Assembly: GCF_035285525.1 (NCBI RefSeq)
Contig: NZ_JAYKGW010000067.1
Coordinates: forward strand, 2,610 to 34,609
DNA length: 32,000 bases
Direction: 5' to 3'
DNA from: Okeania sp.
Lineage (GTDB): Bacteria > Cyanobacteriota > Cyanobacteriia > Cyanobacteriales > Microcoleaceae
Made by a program: the position numbers and the translations under genes. Shown in pieces: positions 16,607-26,183 of the stretch. The notes below the pieces were generated by a model. That model searched no databases. It had not been told where the DNA came from and worked only from the letters and a program-made list of their open reading frames with translations. How positions within the stretch are numbered: position 1 is the stretch's first letter; each line of letters starts with the position of its first letter.

Positions 16607-16679
16607 CGGGCTTGGAGGGATTCGAACCCCCGACCTCATGGTCCGTAGCCACGCACTCTATCCACTAAGCTACAAGCCC
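16607..16679 (-). tRNA. trnR-ACG: tRNA-Arg (anticodon ACG)
   Basis: Reverse complement: GGGCTTGTAGCTTAGTGGATAGAGTGCGTGGCTACGGACCATGAGGTCGGGGGTTCGAATCCCTCCAAGCCCg. Acceptor GGGCTTG/CAAGCCC, anticodon loop CTACGGA, T loop TTCGAAT. Confidence 0.9.
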
Positions 16680-16741
16680 TTTTTTTTGGCAGTAAGTTTT
16701 TTTGACTGCACTAATAATTAATCATAGCACAAATCAAAAAA

Positions 16742-17242
16742 ATGACAAGGGGTTTTTCTAAATTTCAGCAAAATTTAACTCATTTGGATTCTGAGGGTGG
16801 AGTCCAAATGGTAGATGTATCTGCTAAAGTGCCGACTGTGCGTGAAGCTGAGGCAGCGGGACAAGTGCGGATGTTGTTAGAAACTTTTGAGGCTATTGAA
16901 GCAGGTAATAGTCCCAAAGGTGATGTTTTGGGTACTGCTAAGTTGGCCGGAATCATGGCAGCCAAGCAAACAGCCCAACTTATTCCTTTGTGTCATCCTT
17001 TGCCTTTACAAAAGATAGATGTCCAGTTAATTCCTGATCGGCAGTTGCCTGGATATCAGATTCGGTCACTGGTGAGGACTAAGGGGGAGACTGGGGTGGA
17101 AATGGAGGCTTTGACGGCGGTTTCTGTGGCTGCTTTGACTTTGTATGATATGGCTAAGGCTTTGGAAAAGTCTATTTGTATTGAGTTAATTCGTCTTTTG
17201 AGTAAGAGGGGTGGGAAGTCTGGGGATTATGTTTCTAAGTAG
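16742..17242 (+). CDS. moaC: Cyclic pyranopterin monophosphate synthase MoaC (molybdenum cofactor biosynthesis)
   Basis: 166 aa with characteristic MoaC blocks: [71 protein letters not shown]. Confidence 0.92.
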   Translation: MTRGFSKFQQNLTHLDSEGGVQMVDVSAKVPTVREAEAAGQVRMLLETFEAIEAGNSPKGDVLGTAKLAGIMAAKQTAQLIPLCHPLPLQKIDVQLIPDRQLPGYQIRSLVRTKGETGVEMEALTAVSVAALTLYDMAKALEKSICIELIRLLSKRGGKSGDYVSK

Positions 17243-17342
17243 GGAGTAGGCAATGGGCAATAGTTGCAAAAAGATTCCGGTTGTGCGTAGGGTAGGGGTG
17301 GGTTTTGAGCAGAAATTTTCATGAGTAATCTCAGATATACAT

Positions 17343-17388
17343 AAACCCGCCCCGTTAGACTATTGTTTATTTCATAGGGGGCGGGTTT
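17343..17388. other. 11-bp perfect-stem hairpin (AAACCCGCCCC / GGGGCGGGTTT) downstream of moaC; a dispersed-repeat hairpin or weak terminator
   Basis: Stem arms at 17343-17353 and 17378-17388 with a 24-nt loop. No U-tract follows. Related GTAGGGGTGGGTTT motifs occur at 17289-17306 and 23736-23757. Confidence 0.35.
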
Positions 17389-17591
17389 ATCTGACAGAAG
17401 CGTGAAAACTCGTTAACTAACTTGTGAACCCCCCCCTACAGAGCCTGATTTAATGCACCATTTTAGAGGATTATACCTGGAATGAAGAATCAAAGTCCAA
17501 AATAAAATTTGGGTGGGTAAAATAAATATTGCTAAGTTGCCTTTACAATAGTTAAAGAAATTGAACCGTAATTAAATTTTTTTTTAATATT

Positions 17592-17858
17592 ATGCCTCCT
17601 CGTTGGCCTCGCAAACCTGACCGTAATGACCCAGAGTTCCGGAAGTTGGATGACCGAATGAATTTTGCGATTCATGTAGCCATTTTGGCTGCAAGTAATT
17701 CTGGTTTATGGTTTTTCCGTAATCTAACAGCAGCAAATTGGCCTTGGGCTATCTGGGTGACTGGTGGTTGGTTATCTTTATTATTAATTCATGGGGTATA
17801 TATTTTTGCTCTTGCAGATTATACCTCCATTTCCCAAGATTCTATATCAGATAATTAG
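17592..17858 (+). CDS. Small membrane protein, 2TM-domain-like (88 aa)
   Basis: Basic N-terminus followed by two hydrophobic helices (FAIHVAILAASNSGLWFF and WAIWVTGGWLSLLLIHGVYIFAL), the pattern of the 2TM domain family. Confidence 0.6.
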   Translation: MPPRWPRKPDRNDPEFRKLDDRMNFAIHVAILAASNSGLWFFRNLTAANWPWAIWVTGGWLSLLLIHGVYIFALADYTSISQDSISDN

Positions 17859-17869
17859 AGTGATTATTT
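17781..17869 (+). repeat. Direct repeat copy 1 (89 bp): the last 26 codons plus 11 bp of 3' flank of the 2TM gene
   Basis: Identical to 18071-18159 except for one base (17858 G versus 18148 A), which changes the stop from TAG to TAA. Confidence 0.9.
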
Positions 17870-17927
17870 AGCTAAAAAATTTAGGTTTAATTATTCTTGT
17901 TATGACTAAAAAATTAGCTCTCTATTC

Positions 17928-18066
17928 GTAAGCATTTAGCCATCAGCGACTAGCTATTGTTTTTGATTTTAGATGAAATTTTTTTATTAATTGAGTGGAA
18001 ATTAAAACCTATTACAGAATCAAGGTTTTATGGCTGATAGCTGACAGCTAATAGCTGAATGCTTAC
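17928..18066. mobile_element. MITE-like element (~139 bp) with GTAAGCATT(T/C)AGC...GCTGAATGCTTAC inverted ends
   Basis: Left end GTAAGCATTTAGCCATCAGCGACTAGCTATT. Right end GCTGATAGCTGACAGCTAATAGCTGAATGCTTAC. It lies between the two 89-bp direct repeats. Confidence 0.5.
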
Positions 18067-18070
18067 TAAA

Positions 18071-18159
18071 TTATTAATTCATGGGGTATATATTTTTGCT
18101 CTTGCAGATTATACCTCCATTTCCCAAGATTCTATATCAGATAATTAAAGTGATTATTT
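18071..18159 (+). repeat. Direct repeat copy 2 (89 bp) of the 2TM gene 3' end
   Basis: See 17781-17869. An in-frame ATG at 18059-18061, contributed by the MITE end (GAATGCTTAC), would give a 30-codon ORF: MLTKLLIHGVYIFALADYTSISQDSISDN. Confidence 0.9.
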
Positions 18160-18335
18160 GCAAGCATTCAACCATCAGGAATCAGCAATCAACTATTACT
18201 TTTAGTGAGTGATAAAAGCTTAATTAATAAAGCTATAAAAATTTTACTATAAAAGTCATGTCTAAAATCTATATTCACTTAAAATCTATCCTTAAACATA
18301 GAGTATTATTGCTGATAGCTAATAGCTGAATCCTT
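18160..18335. mobile_element. Second, diverged MITE-like element of the GYAAGCATTC...GAATSCTTA family
   Basis: GCAAGCATTCAACCATCAGGAATCAGCAATCAACTATT (18160-18197) is inverted relative to ATTGCTGATAGCTAATAGCTGAATCCTTA (ends about 18335). Confidence 0.45.
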
Positions 18336-18691
18336 AAAAATAGGGAATTATGAAAAAAGTATTTTGGCGCTCTATGAGATGCACCAAAGAAAATTAGTTT
18401 TAATTAGGTTTTGCTGATTAAATTTGAATGTATTTACAGATAAAGGTTTTAGTCTTTTTAATCTACCCATTGCTAGCAAGATGCTAAAAACATTTAATTA
18501 TTAATATCTGTACTTCATATAATTGGAATCTGCCGTATGTTGTAAATAATTGCTGATTGCTATAATAACCGATCTAGGCTTACCCACAAGGAAAGCAATT
18601 TCAAAGTTTGAGATGGCTGCGATGTCGCTCCCAATCACATAAATATATTGTTTTGCGTAAGTCCTGTCATAAATAATAACTAATAAATAAA

Positions 18692-18994
18692 ATGAGTAAT
18701 ACAACACAAATAATTGAGAGTTTAGCAGCAGAAATAGGAGATAAAGTATATATTGATGTTACTGGTTGGCATCTATATTTATCTGATGCGAAATTACATT
18801 TAACTTTAGCAGAAAAGTTTTATCCGATTTTGGCTGAGGATGTTCCTTCTGAAGTTCAAATTGTAGAAATATTGCATAGTGTTTCTGTTAAGTTAGGTGC
18901 TGGTAGAAAGGAAGTTCCTTTGATAGATTTATTGCCGATAAAATGTCAGGATGATTTAATGGAAGTTTTGGCAGAGTTTCGCGAAAAAATGTAA
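18692..18994 (+). CDS. Conserved cyanobacterial small protein, DUF3181-like (100 aa)
   Basis: The N-terminal segment IESLAAEIGDKVYIDVTGWHLYLSDAKLH matches my recollection of the DUF3181 consensus (AAEIGenVYiDvakWHLYL). Not verified by search. Confidence 0.55.
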   Translation: MSNTTQIIESLAAEIGDKVYIDVTGWHLYLSDAKLHLTLAEKFYPILAEDVPSEVQIVEILHSVSVKLGAGRKEVPLIDLLPIKCQDDLMEVLAEFREKM

Positions 18995-19384
18995 TTTTAG
19001 GTAAGTATTTTCTGCGGAATGCTGCCCAAACAACAGTTAGCTATTAGCTTCAGATATTTTACTTTTAAAGCAGCAAAAAACTTACGGGAAATTATGAATG
19101 ACCATCTCTTTTACAGCTCCCATAAATCCTAACTATACTGTAAGGATGTTGTATGCCAAGTCCCTACTAACCTAGCAAAAAGAATTTTTCAGCAAACTCT
19201 AATTAGGTTATTTGTTTCAGTAAATTTTTAGAAGCAACCTAATCTTTTTTTGCTATTCTTTAATAAAAAAGTAAACCGATTGTGTAGAGTTTTTTCAAGT
19301 ATATATAATTAATTCAGCACTCAATAATTCTCAGGATAATCTCAGGATTAATTATTATTATATTAACTTCAAGTAACTAATATT

Positions 19385-19718
19385 GTAAGCATTCAGTCGT
19401 TAGCTATTAGCTAGTCTCTTGCAGAGGAACTTTGTGAACAGCTATTAATTGTGAAAAAGGTAAAATAACCCTTGAAATTGAGAAACAATAAAAAGTTACT
19501 GTCGAAGCTCCTGTGCCAAAACTTAGAAGTAATTATTCGGGTGCATCTCAACTCTGAATAAAGCCAAAAACTTACTGCTTTTAGAGAAAAGGAAATAGGG
19601 AAAAAGTATTTGGGATCTCTATGAAATGCACCCAATTATTCATTATTCATTTAAACACTATTTAAGAGCAAAAAGTCTTGTTCCTGACAGCTAATAGCTA
19701 TGGGCGCGAAATTCTTAC
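19385..19718. mobile_element. Nested MITE-like repeats: outer GTAAGCATTCAG...TTCTTAC, inner GGGTGCATCTCA...TGAAATGCACCC
   Basis: Outer ends at 19385-19414 and 19686-19718. The inner 95-bp inverted-repeat element is at 19539-19633. Half-copies of the inner element occur at 18351-18390 and 27517-27550. The 74-aa ORF here lies entirely inside repeats. Confidence 0.4.
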
Positions 19719-19748
19719 ATAATAACTTAATAACTGAAACAATCGACT

Positions 19749-22010
19749 ATGACTACCTCAAATATTGCTAAAAAATCTCTCAAAAATAATTTTAAGAATC
19801 TAGTTTTCCTGAAATTACGCTTGCCAACATTATTCTTAACAGGAGGAATAACACTATTAACAATTATTGTAATTGCTTGGTTAACTGGAGTTGGTCAGAT
19901 AGATGAATTTTTTACTCAAATTAATTACTTCCAAGAAAATCCACCCATGTGGGTACAAATACCAACAAATAATAGTAAATATTTAGTTTTGCCGACAATT
20001 TTACTATTTTTAATTGCTCAAGGAATTATGAAAATTTCCCCTACTCCGAAAAATTGGTCGCGAGTTCTCGTAGTAGGAATTTTATTAGGTTTAACCATTC
20101 GTTATTTATCTTGGCGATCGCTCTCAACCTTAAATCTAAATAACCCAATAAACGGTATATTTAGTTTGGGGTTATTAGGTCTAGAAATTGTAACAATAAC
20201 TAGCGGAGTTCTAGGTTTATTGTTAATGTTTAAAGTCAAAAATCGTCAGAAAGAAGCAGATTATTTTTCTCAAGCAATTTTAGATAAAACTTTTCAGCCA
20301 TCAGTAGACATATTGATTCCTACTTATGATGAAGCAGAATTTATTTTAGAACGTACCATTATTGGCTGCCAAGCTCTAGAATATGAGAATAAAAAAGTTT
20401 ATTTGCTAGATGATACTAATCGACCAAACGTGAAAAAATTAGCAGAAAAATTAGGCTGTGAATATATAACTAGATATGATACTTCTCATGCTAAAGCCGG
20501 AAATTTAAACCACGCCATTACCAAAACAAATAGTGAAGTTATTGTTATTTTTGATGCTGACTTTATTCCTACAAAAAACTTTTTAACTCGGACTTTAGGA
20601 TTTTTCCAAAATGAACAACTTGCCCTATTACAAACTCCTCAAACTTTTTATAATATCGACCCCATAGCTAGAAATTTAGGTTTAGAAAATATTATAACTC
20701 CAGAAGAAGAAACATTTTACCGACAAATTCAACCTATGAAAGATAGTGCAAATGGAGTTTTGTGTGCAGGAACTTCTTTTTTAGTCAGACGAAAAGCTTT
20801 AGAGTCAGTAGGAGGGTTTATAACAGAATCAATCTGTGAAGATTGTTTTACAGGAGTTCTTTTATTAGCTAAAGGTTATCAGTCAGTTTATTTAGAAGAA
20901 AAATTAAGTGCTGGTTTAGCTGCAGAAAATATTTCTTCTTATGCTACTCAAAGATTAAGATGGGCAAGAGGAACCTTACAAGGATTTTTTATTAATTCTA
21001 ATCCTTTAACAATTCCTGGATTAAATATTGGTCAAAGATTGTCTTTTTTAGAAACATTTTTTAGTTGGTTTACTAGCATTAGTTATGTCGGTTTTTTATT
21101 CATGCCATTAGCTTATGTTTTTCTTGATGTAATTCCAATTAAAGCTTCTGCTGGTGAATACTTATATTTCTTTTTACCCTATTATTTCGCAAGTTTTACT
21201 GTATTTTCTTGGCTAAATCATCATTCACAATCATTAATTTTATCAGGTTTGAATCATATTATTTTAGCTTTTCCTAAAGCAATAACAATAATTAAAACTT
21301 TCCTAAATCCATTCTCAAAAAAATTTAAAGTTACACCAAAAGGAATTAAAAGCGATCGCTACTATTTTAATATAAATTTAGCCTTGCCTTTAGTCATATT
21401 TTTAGTTCTGAATAGTGTAAGTTTATTTTTTAATTTGTACAACAACTATATAAATCCAAGCTGGGAAGTAAGTGAACAGATAGAAAATTTTAATTTAGGA
21501 TTATTTTGGAGTGTGTACAATATTTTGATGATTTCGGGAGCATTATTAGCAATTATAGATGTACCAAAACAAGACATATATGAATGGTTTAACTTGCGAA
21601 GAGTAGTTAAATTAAAAATTGGGAACCAGATATTTTGGGGTACTACTAAACAAATGTCAGAGGTAGGTGCTGAGATAGAGATTAATCAAAAACTTCCTGA
21701 TAGTTTACTGGCAGAAAATTTGTCTTTAAGATTGAAAATTATTCCAGAAAAAATTGATTTACAAGCTGATATAACCAATATAGAAATAAGTGAAAATTTT
21801 CCTTGTCTCAAAGTAATATTTAAGGAAGTAAACATATCTACAAAACGGCAATTAATAGAATTATTATTCTGTCGTCCTGGGCAATGGCAGCCATTAAAAG
21901 CACCAGGCGAATTAAAATCTTTATTATTATTATTTCGAGTATTGTTGAAGCCAAGATTTATCTTTGAAAGAAAACCAAAAAACAAACCAATGGAAGTTAG
22001 TCAACTTTAG
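19749..22010 (+). CDS. Cellulose synthase catalytic subunit-like (BcsA-type GT2) with C-terminal PilZ-like domain (753 aa)
   Basis: Processive GT2 motifs in order: ILIPTYDE, YLLDDT, HAKAGNLNH, FDADFIP, QTPQTFYN, CAGTSFLVRRKAL, CED (at the TED position), QRLRWARG. TM helices lie on both sides. The C-terminal beta-rich region contains LRRVVK...QMSEVGAEIEI, which is PilZ-like. Confidence 0.85.
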   Translation: MTTSNIAKKSLKNNFKNLVFLKLRLPTLFLTGGITLLTIIVIAWLTGVGQIDEFFTQINYFQENPPMWVQIPTNNSKYLVLPTILLFLIAQGIMKISPTPKNWSRVLVVGILLGLTIRYLSWRSLSTLNLNNPINGIFSLGLLGLEIVTITSGVLGLLLMFKVKNRQKEADYFSQAILDKTFQPSVDILIPTYDEAEFILERTIIGCQALEYENKKVYLLDDTNRPNVKKLAEKLGCEYITRYDTSHAKAGNLNHAITKTNSEVIVIFDADFIPTKNFLTRTLGFFQNEQLALLQTPQTFYNIDPIARNLGLENIITPEEETFYRQIQPMKDSANGVLCAGTSFLVRRKALESVGGFITESICEDCFTGVLLLAKGYQSVYLEEKLSAGLAAENISSYATQRLRWARGTLQGFFINSNPLTIPGLNIGQRLSFLETFFSWFTSISYVGFLFMPLAYVFLDVIPIKASAGEYLYFFLPYYFASFTVFSWLNHHSQSLILSGLNHIILAFPKAITIIKTFLNPFSKKFKVTPKGIKSDRYYFNINLALPLVIFLVLNSVSLFFNLYNNYINPSWEVSEQIENFNLGLFWSVYNILMISGALLAIIDVPKQDIYEWFNLRRVVKLKIGNQIFWGTTKQMSEVGAEIEINQKLPDSLLAENLSLRLKIIPEKIDLQADITNIEISENFPCLKVIFKEVNISTKRQLIELLFCRPGQWQPLKAPGELKSLLLLFRVLLKPRFIFERKPKNKPMEVSQL

Positions 22011-22040
22011 CTTCAATAATTAATAATGAATAATTAATAA

Positions 22041-22504
22041 TTAGGGTTGGCGTATCGAAATCTAAAAGTCTTGACAGATAGAGATTTTAGGCTTTTTAAG
22101 TCATGAAAAGTACCTGGTTTTGAGCTTCTGAATGCACAGTTCCCAAAAAATCAAAAAGTTAGTACTTTAGGCACATTAGTTGGGCAAAAAAAATACTTTC
22201 CTGCTCCCCTGCTCCTAAAAAAAGACTTTTTCAGAAGATGGAGTGATGGGGAGTAATTTTGTTCCCCAACTCTTCCCTAAAATACGCTCCTTTTTAAACA
22301 CCTAAAAAGTTGAACTTTTTCATAACCTTAAAAAAGCTCAAACTCTTAAAGAAGATTCCATTTTGGTTAAAATACACTGACCCAAGCAAGATGCACAGTT
22401 CCCGAAAAATCCCACTGACAGAATTTAATTATTAAACCTGTACTTCATCTACTTGGAATTTTCCATAGATGTCATATTTTTCATACTTTTTTAGCAAACC
22501 CTAA
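22041..22504. mobile_element. Composite MITE-like region bounded by TTAGGGTTGGC ... GCAAACCCTAA
   Basis: The ends are inverted repeats of the same TTAGGG family as 1065-1325 and 26184-26456. Two internal copies of the GCACAGTTCCC(A/G)AAAAATC motif (22134, 22393) are also present at 26278. Inverted heptamer arrays flank it on both sides (22015-22042 and 22505-22525). Confidence 0.4.
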
Positions 22505-23464
22505 TTATTCATTATTCATTATCAATCTAGTTCTCAAAATATCAGCAATAGTAGAACAATAACTCGGCATTTCAAAAGTTGTAGGATTAATAGGATTTTG
22601 ATATGTAAAATGGCGATACTTTAAACAGAATCTATCCCAAACTCCTATTTCGATTTTAAATACTAAAATTATGATCTCTATTAACCAAGGAGCCAAACTA
22701 AAACGGAAAAATATTCCTTTGTTCAAATATTCACAAATCTCCTCAACAACCTGATTGACTGTAACTTTATCATTCCCTAAAACTAACTTTTGTAATTCTT
22801 TTGACTGAGGTGGATTTTCTACTAAATAACTAACCACTTCAGCAATATCAGCAGCATGAATAAAATGGAAACTACCATCAACCTTTAACCATTTAATCAA
22901 ACCAATATATTTAACTATTTCTGGTAAACCAGCAGAAATATGAGAATATGGTTTTTCTTCATCTCCTCCAAAAACTAAAGTAGGAAAAAGACAAGTTAAA
23001 GGCGGTATATTTCTTAATCGAGATAACTGATACATACAATCATGCTTAGAGCGAATATAGTCAGTACCAATCTCTCCAGCTTTTCTGAGTAATCTATTAT
23101 TTTGATCAAGGATACTAGCAGTAGAAAAATAGATGATATTTTCACATATTTCTGGATTTAGTAATTTGATTAACTTGAGAGTTGCCACCACATTAATATC
23201 AAAAACTTCCTGCACATTTCCCCAAGCAGTAGCAACTAAAATTGCCACATTAATTTCTTTTAGTAAGGATGAAAATTTATCAATTTTTCTCAGATTTGCG
23301 TTTAAAATATTAATACCAGGACGAGCTTTATAGTCAACTCTTAATTTATCTGGGTTCCTAACTAATAAGTAAAGTTCGTGGTCAGTATTTTGAATTAAAG
23401 ATTCAACAATATAATGACCAATACATCCACTAGCACCCGTTATGAAAATCTTTTTATGATTCAT
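22505..23464 (-). CDS. NAD(P)-dependent epimerase/dehydratase family (extended SDR) protein
   Basis: N-terminal Rossmann motif KIFITGASGCIGHY. Catalytic YxxxK as YIRSKHD. 319 aa. The last codons (MNNE*) lie in a heptamer array. Confidence 0.8.
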   Translation of the reverse strand: MNHKKIFITGASGCIGHYIVESLIQNTDHELYLLVRNPDKLRVDYKARPGINILNANLRKIDKFSSLLKEINVAILVATAWGNVQEVFDINVVATLKLIKLLNPEICENIIYFSTASILDQNNRLLRKAGEIGTDYIRSKHDCMYQLSRLRNIPPLTCLFPTLVFGGDEEKPYSHISAGLPEIVKYIGLIKWLKVDGSFHFIHAADIAEVVSYLVENPPQSKELQKLVLGNDKVTVNQVVEEICEYLNKGIFFRFSLAPWLIEIIILVFKIEIGVWDRFCLKYRHFTYQNPINPTTFEMPSYCSTIADILRTRLIMNNE

Positions 23465-23471
23465 ATAAATC

Positions 23472-23499
23472 AGTTATTAGTTATTAGTTATTAGTTATT
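23472..23499. repeat. Heptamer tandem array (AGTTATT)x4, STRR-like, 8 bp upstream of the SDR gene start
   Basis: agttatt agttatt agttatt agttatt read directly from the sequence. Confidence 0.85.
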
Positions 23500-23792
23500 A
23501 GCAAAATTTGTAGTGGACTGACACAACTAAAACTGTGCAGAACACTTTTTTCGTATAGTTCTTTTGATAGGAAGATTTAAGTGTTTTTTCTAATTTAACA
23601 TTTAAGGTGTGTCAGTCTAGTCAGAAAAATTCACCACTCACCTCCTTGGATGGGGTGCTTCAGAAAATGAATTTAATTTCTATTTCACAAAACAAAATAA
23701 GCTTAAATTCTTTCACCATAAACTTAGGGGTAGATTAGAAACCCACCCCTACGAAAAAATCATATCAACCTCGAAACTTACCTTAACTGAAG

Positions 23793-24857
23793 TTAAGCAG
23801 TTAACGGTAATAAATTTCTTACCTCTTTAGCAGTCTTAAAGAAGAACTCTACATTTTCTTCAGGAGTCTTCTGCAAAACACCATGTCCTAAATTTAATAT
23901 ATGACCCCGGTTACCAGCTTTACGAATAGTTTCCAGAATACGAGACCTAATAAACTCCTTAGAACCAAACAATACACCAGGATCGATATTTCCCTGTATA
24001 CCAATATTTCTACCAAGCCGTTGTCTAGCTTCCCCAATATCCACAGTCCAATCTACACTCACAATATCAACACCAGTCTGAGGCATTCTCTCCAACAATC
24101 CAGCACTACCATTAATATATAGAATAAAAGGAGTATTAGGATGAGTCTTCTTAACCTGCTGCACTACCAATTTTTGATAAGGCAAAGCAAAAGTTTCATA
24201 ATCTTGGGGACTAAGTTGGCCTGCCCAAGAATCAAACATTTGGATAACTTGCGCCCCACTATTAATTTGATAACGAGCATAAACAGCGATCGCCTCTGCC
24301 AGTTTAGCCAAAAATTGGTGTAACATTTCTGGCTCACAGAAAGCCATCTTCTTAATATTTGTATAATCTTTGCAACTCTTACCTTCAATAGCATAAGCAG
24401 CTAAAGTCCAAGGTGCCCCAACAAAACCTAAAACTGCTGCCTCATTCTTAACTTCTCTTCTGAGAACCTGTAAAATTTCTCTAATAAAAGGTAGAGACTC
24501 TTCCGGTTCGATAGGATGAAGTTGGTCAATTTGAGATTGAGTGCGAATAGGGGGGTTGATAATCGGTCCTTTACTTTCCACAATATCAAAATCAATCCCG
24601 ATTGCCGGAAGAGGAGTTAAGATATCTGAGAATAAGATTACTCCATCAGGCTTAAAAGCGTGGAAAGGTTGCAGAGATATTTCCACAGCAATATCTACAT
24701 TTTCAGAACGCTCGCGAAATGATGGATATTTATCTCGTAAATCTCGATAAGCTTTCATGTAGCGTCCCGCTTGTCTCATCATCCATACAGGAGGACGCTC
24801 TAATAATTCACCGCGAGTTGCTCGTAATAAATAGGGTGTTTGGCTTAATTCTGCCAT
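23793..24857 (-). CDS. hemE: Uroporphyrinogen decarboxylase
   Basis: 354 aa. Signature [13 protein letters not shown] near the N-terminus, plus [12 protein letters not shown] and [10 protein letters not shown] blocks typical of HemE. Confidence 0.95.
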   Translation of the reverse strand: MAELSQTPYLLRATRGELLERPPVWMMRQAGRYMKAYRDLRDKYPSFRERSENVDIAVEISLQPFHAFKPDGVILFSDILTPLPAIGIDFDIVESKGPIINPPIRTQSQIDQLHPIEPEESLPFIREILQVLRREVKNEAAVLGFVGAPWTLAAYAIEGKSCKDYTNIKKMAFCEPEMLHQFLAKLAEAIAVYARYQINSGAQVIQMFDSWAGQLSPQDYETFALPYQKLVVQQVKKTHPNTPFILYINGSAGLLERMPQTGVDIVSVDWTVDIGEARQRLGRNIGIQGNIDPGVLFGSKEFIRSRILETIRKAGNRGHILNLGHGVLQKTPEENVEFFFKTAKEVRNLLPLTA

Positions 24858-25066
24858 ATTTACTGTACCTTTTACTTCTAAAGTCTTTTCTTTTAATTAA
24901 GGCTCAACTGAATATTGTCCTGATTCGATAAGTTTACAGGGATGTGACATTTGTGGGAATAGTTAAGTTTGAATTGTAACGAAAGTTTACTTAAAAGAAG
25001 GAAGTGTAGTAGGAGAATAGTGATTCATTATATTAGGTGTTGATATAAGGAAACCCAAGCAAAAAA

Positions 25067-25268
25067 AGAGTCTATCTCAATTTTTTTCTCCTTTGTTTTG
25101 CCATCTTTATTAGGTAGCGCTCTCACTTAACCTAACCTACTTATCCATTATTAACTTGTAGGTTAGGTTGACAAAAGAAATCCAACCAAAATAATAGACT
25201 CTCTCAATTTTTCTCCCTTCCTTTTCTTATATTTCTTAGGTAGCGCCCTCCCTTAACCAAACCTAATT
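25067..25268. repeat. Imperfect ~74-bp direct repeat pair (period 127 bp) with a central 12-bp-stem hairpin, upstream of hemE
   Basis: Copy 1 is at 25067-25140 and copy 2 at 25194-25267 (both ...CTCAATTTTT.TCTCC.T...TTAGGTAGCGC.CTC.CTTAACC.AACCTA). The hairpin is AACCTAACCTAC (25129-25140) / GTAGGTTAGGTT (25158-25169). Confidence 0.6.
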
Positions 25269-25288
25269 TATTCTCGACAAATTATCAA

Positions 25289-25834
25289 TTACTCTATTTC
25301 TTTATTTCCTAATTCAAAGCCATTGTCTTTAATATAAACATAAGGAATAGTTGTTGCCTGAAAATCAACTATATTAGCTGAGTTTTGTACCCACTGACAA
25401 TAAAGTGGATTTAATTTTTGATAAATTTGTTTGAGAGTTTGTATTTCCGCTTCAAGTTGATTAGCCGTTTCGTTAACCTTTTCTACTTGTTCCTGTAATT
25501 TTTTTCCCCCCTCATAAACTTGCTGTTGTAACTCCAACCATTCCAGTCGAGATTTTTTCGGTTCTAGAGTACTTTTTTTCTGATTAAGTTCTATTTCTAA
25601 TGCTTTAAGAGATTGATTAATTTCTTGCATTTCTGCTTCGCACTTTGCAGCTTCTTCAGTATTTTTTTGACGAAACTCTGCTAATGCTTCAGGAGTATTA
25701 TTTTTAGGAAAGCTAACATTTATTTGAAAAGAGGAACGTTTTTGACGAAGTGTATATATTTGGGTTTGTAAAGTTTCTATTTCTGTATTTAAAGTTTCTA
25801 CTTTTAACTTTAGTTCAGCTATATTTTCTATCAT
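25289..25834 (-). CDS. Hypothetical coiled-coil protein (181 aa)
   Basis: Heptad-like, E/K/Q/L-rich sequence over most of its length (LKLKVETLNTEIETLQTQIYTL...; QLEAEIQTLKQIYQKL). No enzymatic motif recognised. Confidence 0.6.
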   Translation of the reverse strand: MIENIAELKLKVETLNTEIETLQTQIYTLRQKRSSFQINVSFPKNNTPEALAEFRQKNTEEAAKCEAEMQEINQSLKALEIELNQKKSTLEPKKSRLEWLELQQQVYEGGKKLQEQVEKVNETANQLEAEIQTLKQIYQKLNPLYCQWVQNSANIVDFQATTIPYVYIKDNGFELGNKEIE

Positions 25835-26183
25835 AATTTCAGAAGAAGTAAGAAGTAATAAAGAAGAAGCCAGAAGGAAGAAGCAAGAAGTAATAAGAAA
25901 AGTGGATGAGTATATAGATCAATACTTTATAATTTTTGGTCTTATCTATTTGCGCAACAGGAAAACCTATTGAAGTATAAGAATCTTACTTTCGTAGTAA
26001 CTTTTAATTATTTCTAAATTTATCAATTACTTTTATCTCTTCCTTTTATTAATAGTTGATAACTGTTTGGCCAGCATTCCATAGGAAATACTTACAAAAA
26101 AACTGTAGAAATTTATTCATATTAGTCCTATTTTCGCTTAATGAAAGGAAACCAAATCCCTGCTATAAAATATTACAAACTAC

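Noticed and set aside
16680-16741. Moco riboswitch or other leader upstream of moaC
   Set aside because: Only about 60 nt separate tRNA-Arg from the moaC start. This is too short for the Moco RNA motif, and no conserved elements were recognised.
18059-18148. 30-codon ORF created by the MITE end plus the duplicated 2TM gene tail
   Set aside because: I did not annotate it as a gene because it is short, has no RBS, and is most simply a by-product of the duplication. It is kept only as a note in the corresponding finding.
18501-18707. 68-aa minus-strand ORF overlapping the DUF3181-like gene start
   Set aside because: Its composition is AT-codon noise (Y/I/N-rich). It overlaps the start of a better-supported gene and has no recognisable motif.
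19411-19635. 74-aa minus-strand ORF
   Set aside because: It lies wholly inside the nested MITE-like repeats (19385-19718). Its ends coincide with the repeat termini.
23901-24931. Five short ORFs (60-76 aa) on either strand within or overlapping hemE
   Set aside because: All overlap the well-supported hemE CDS in other frames or antisense. None has a motif.
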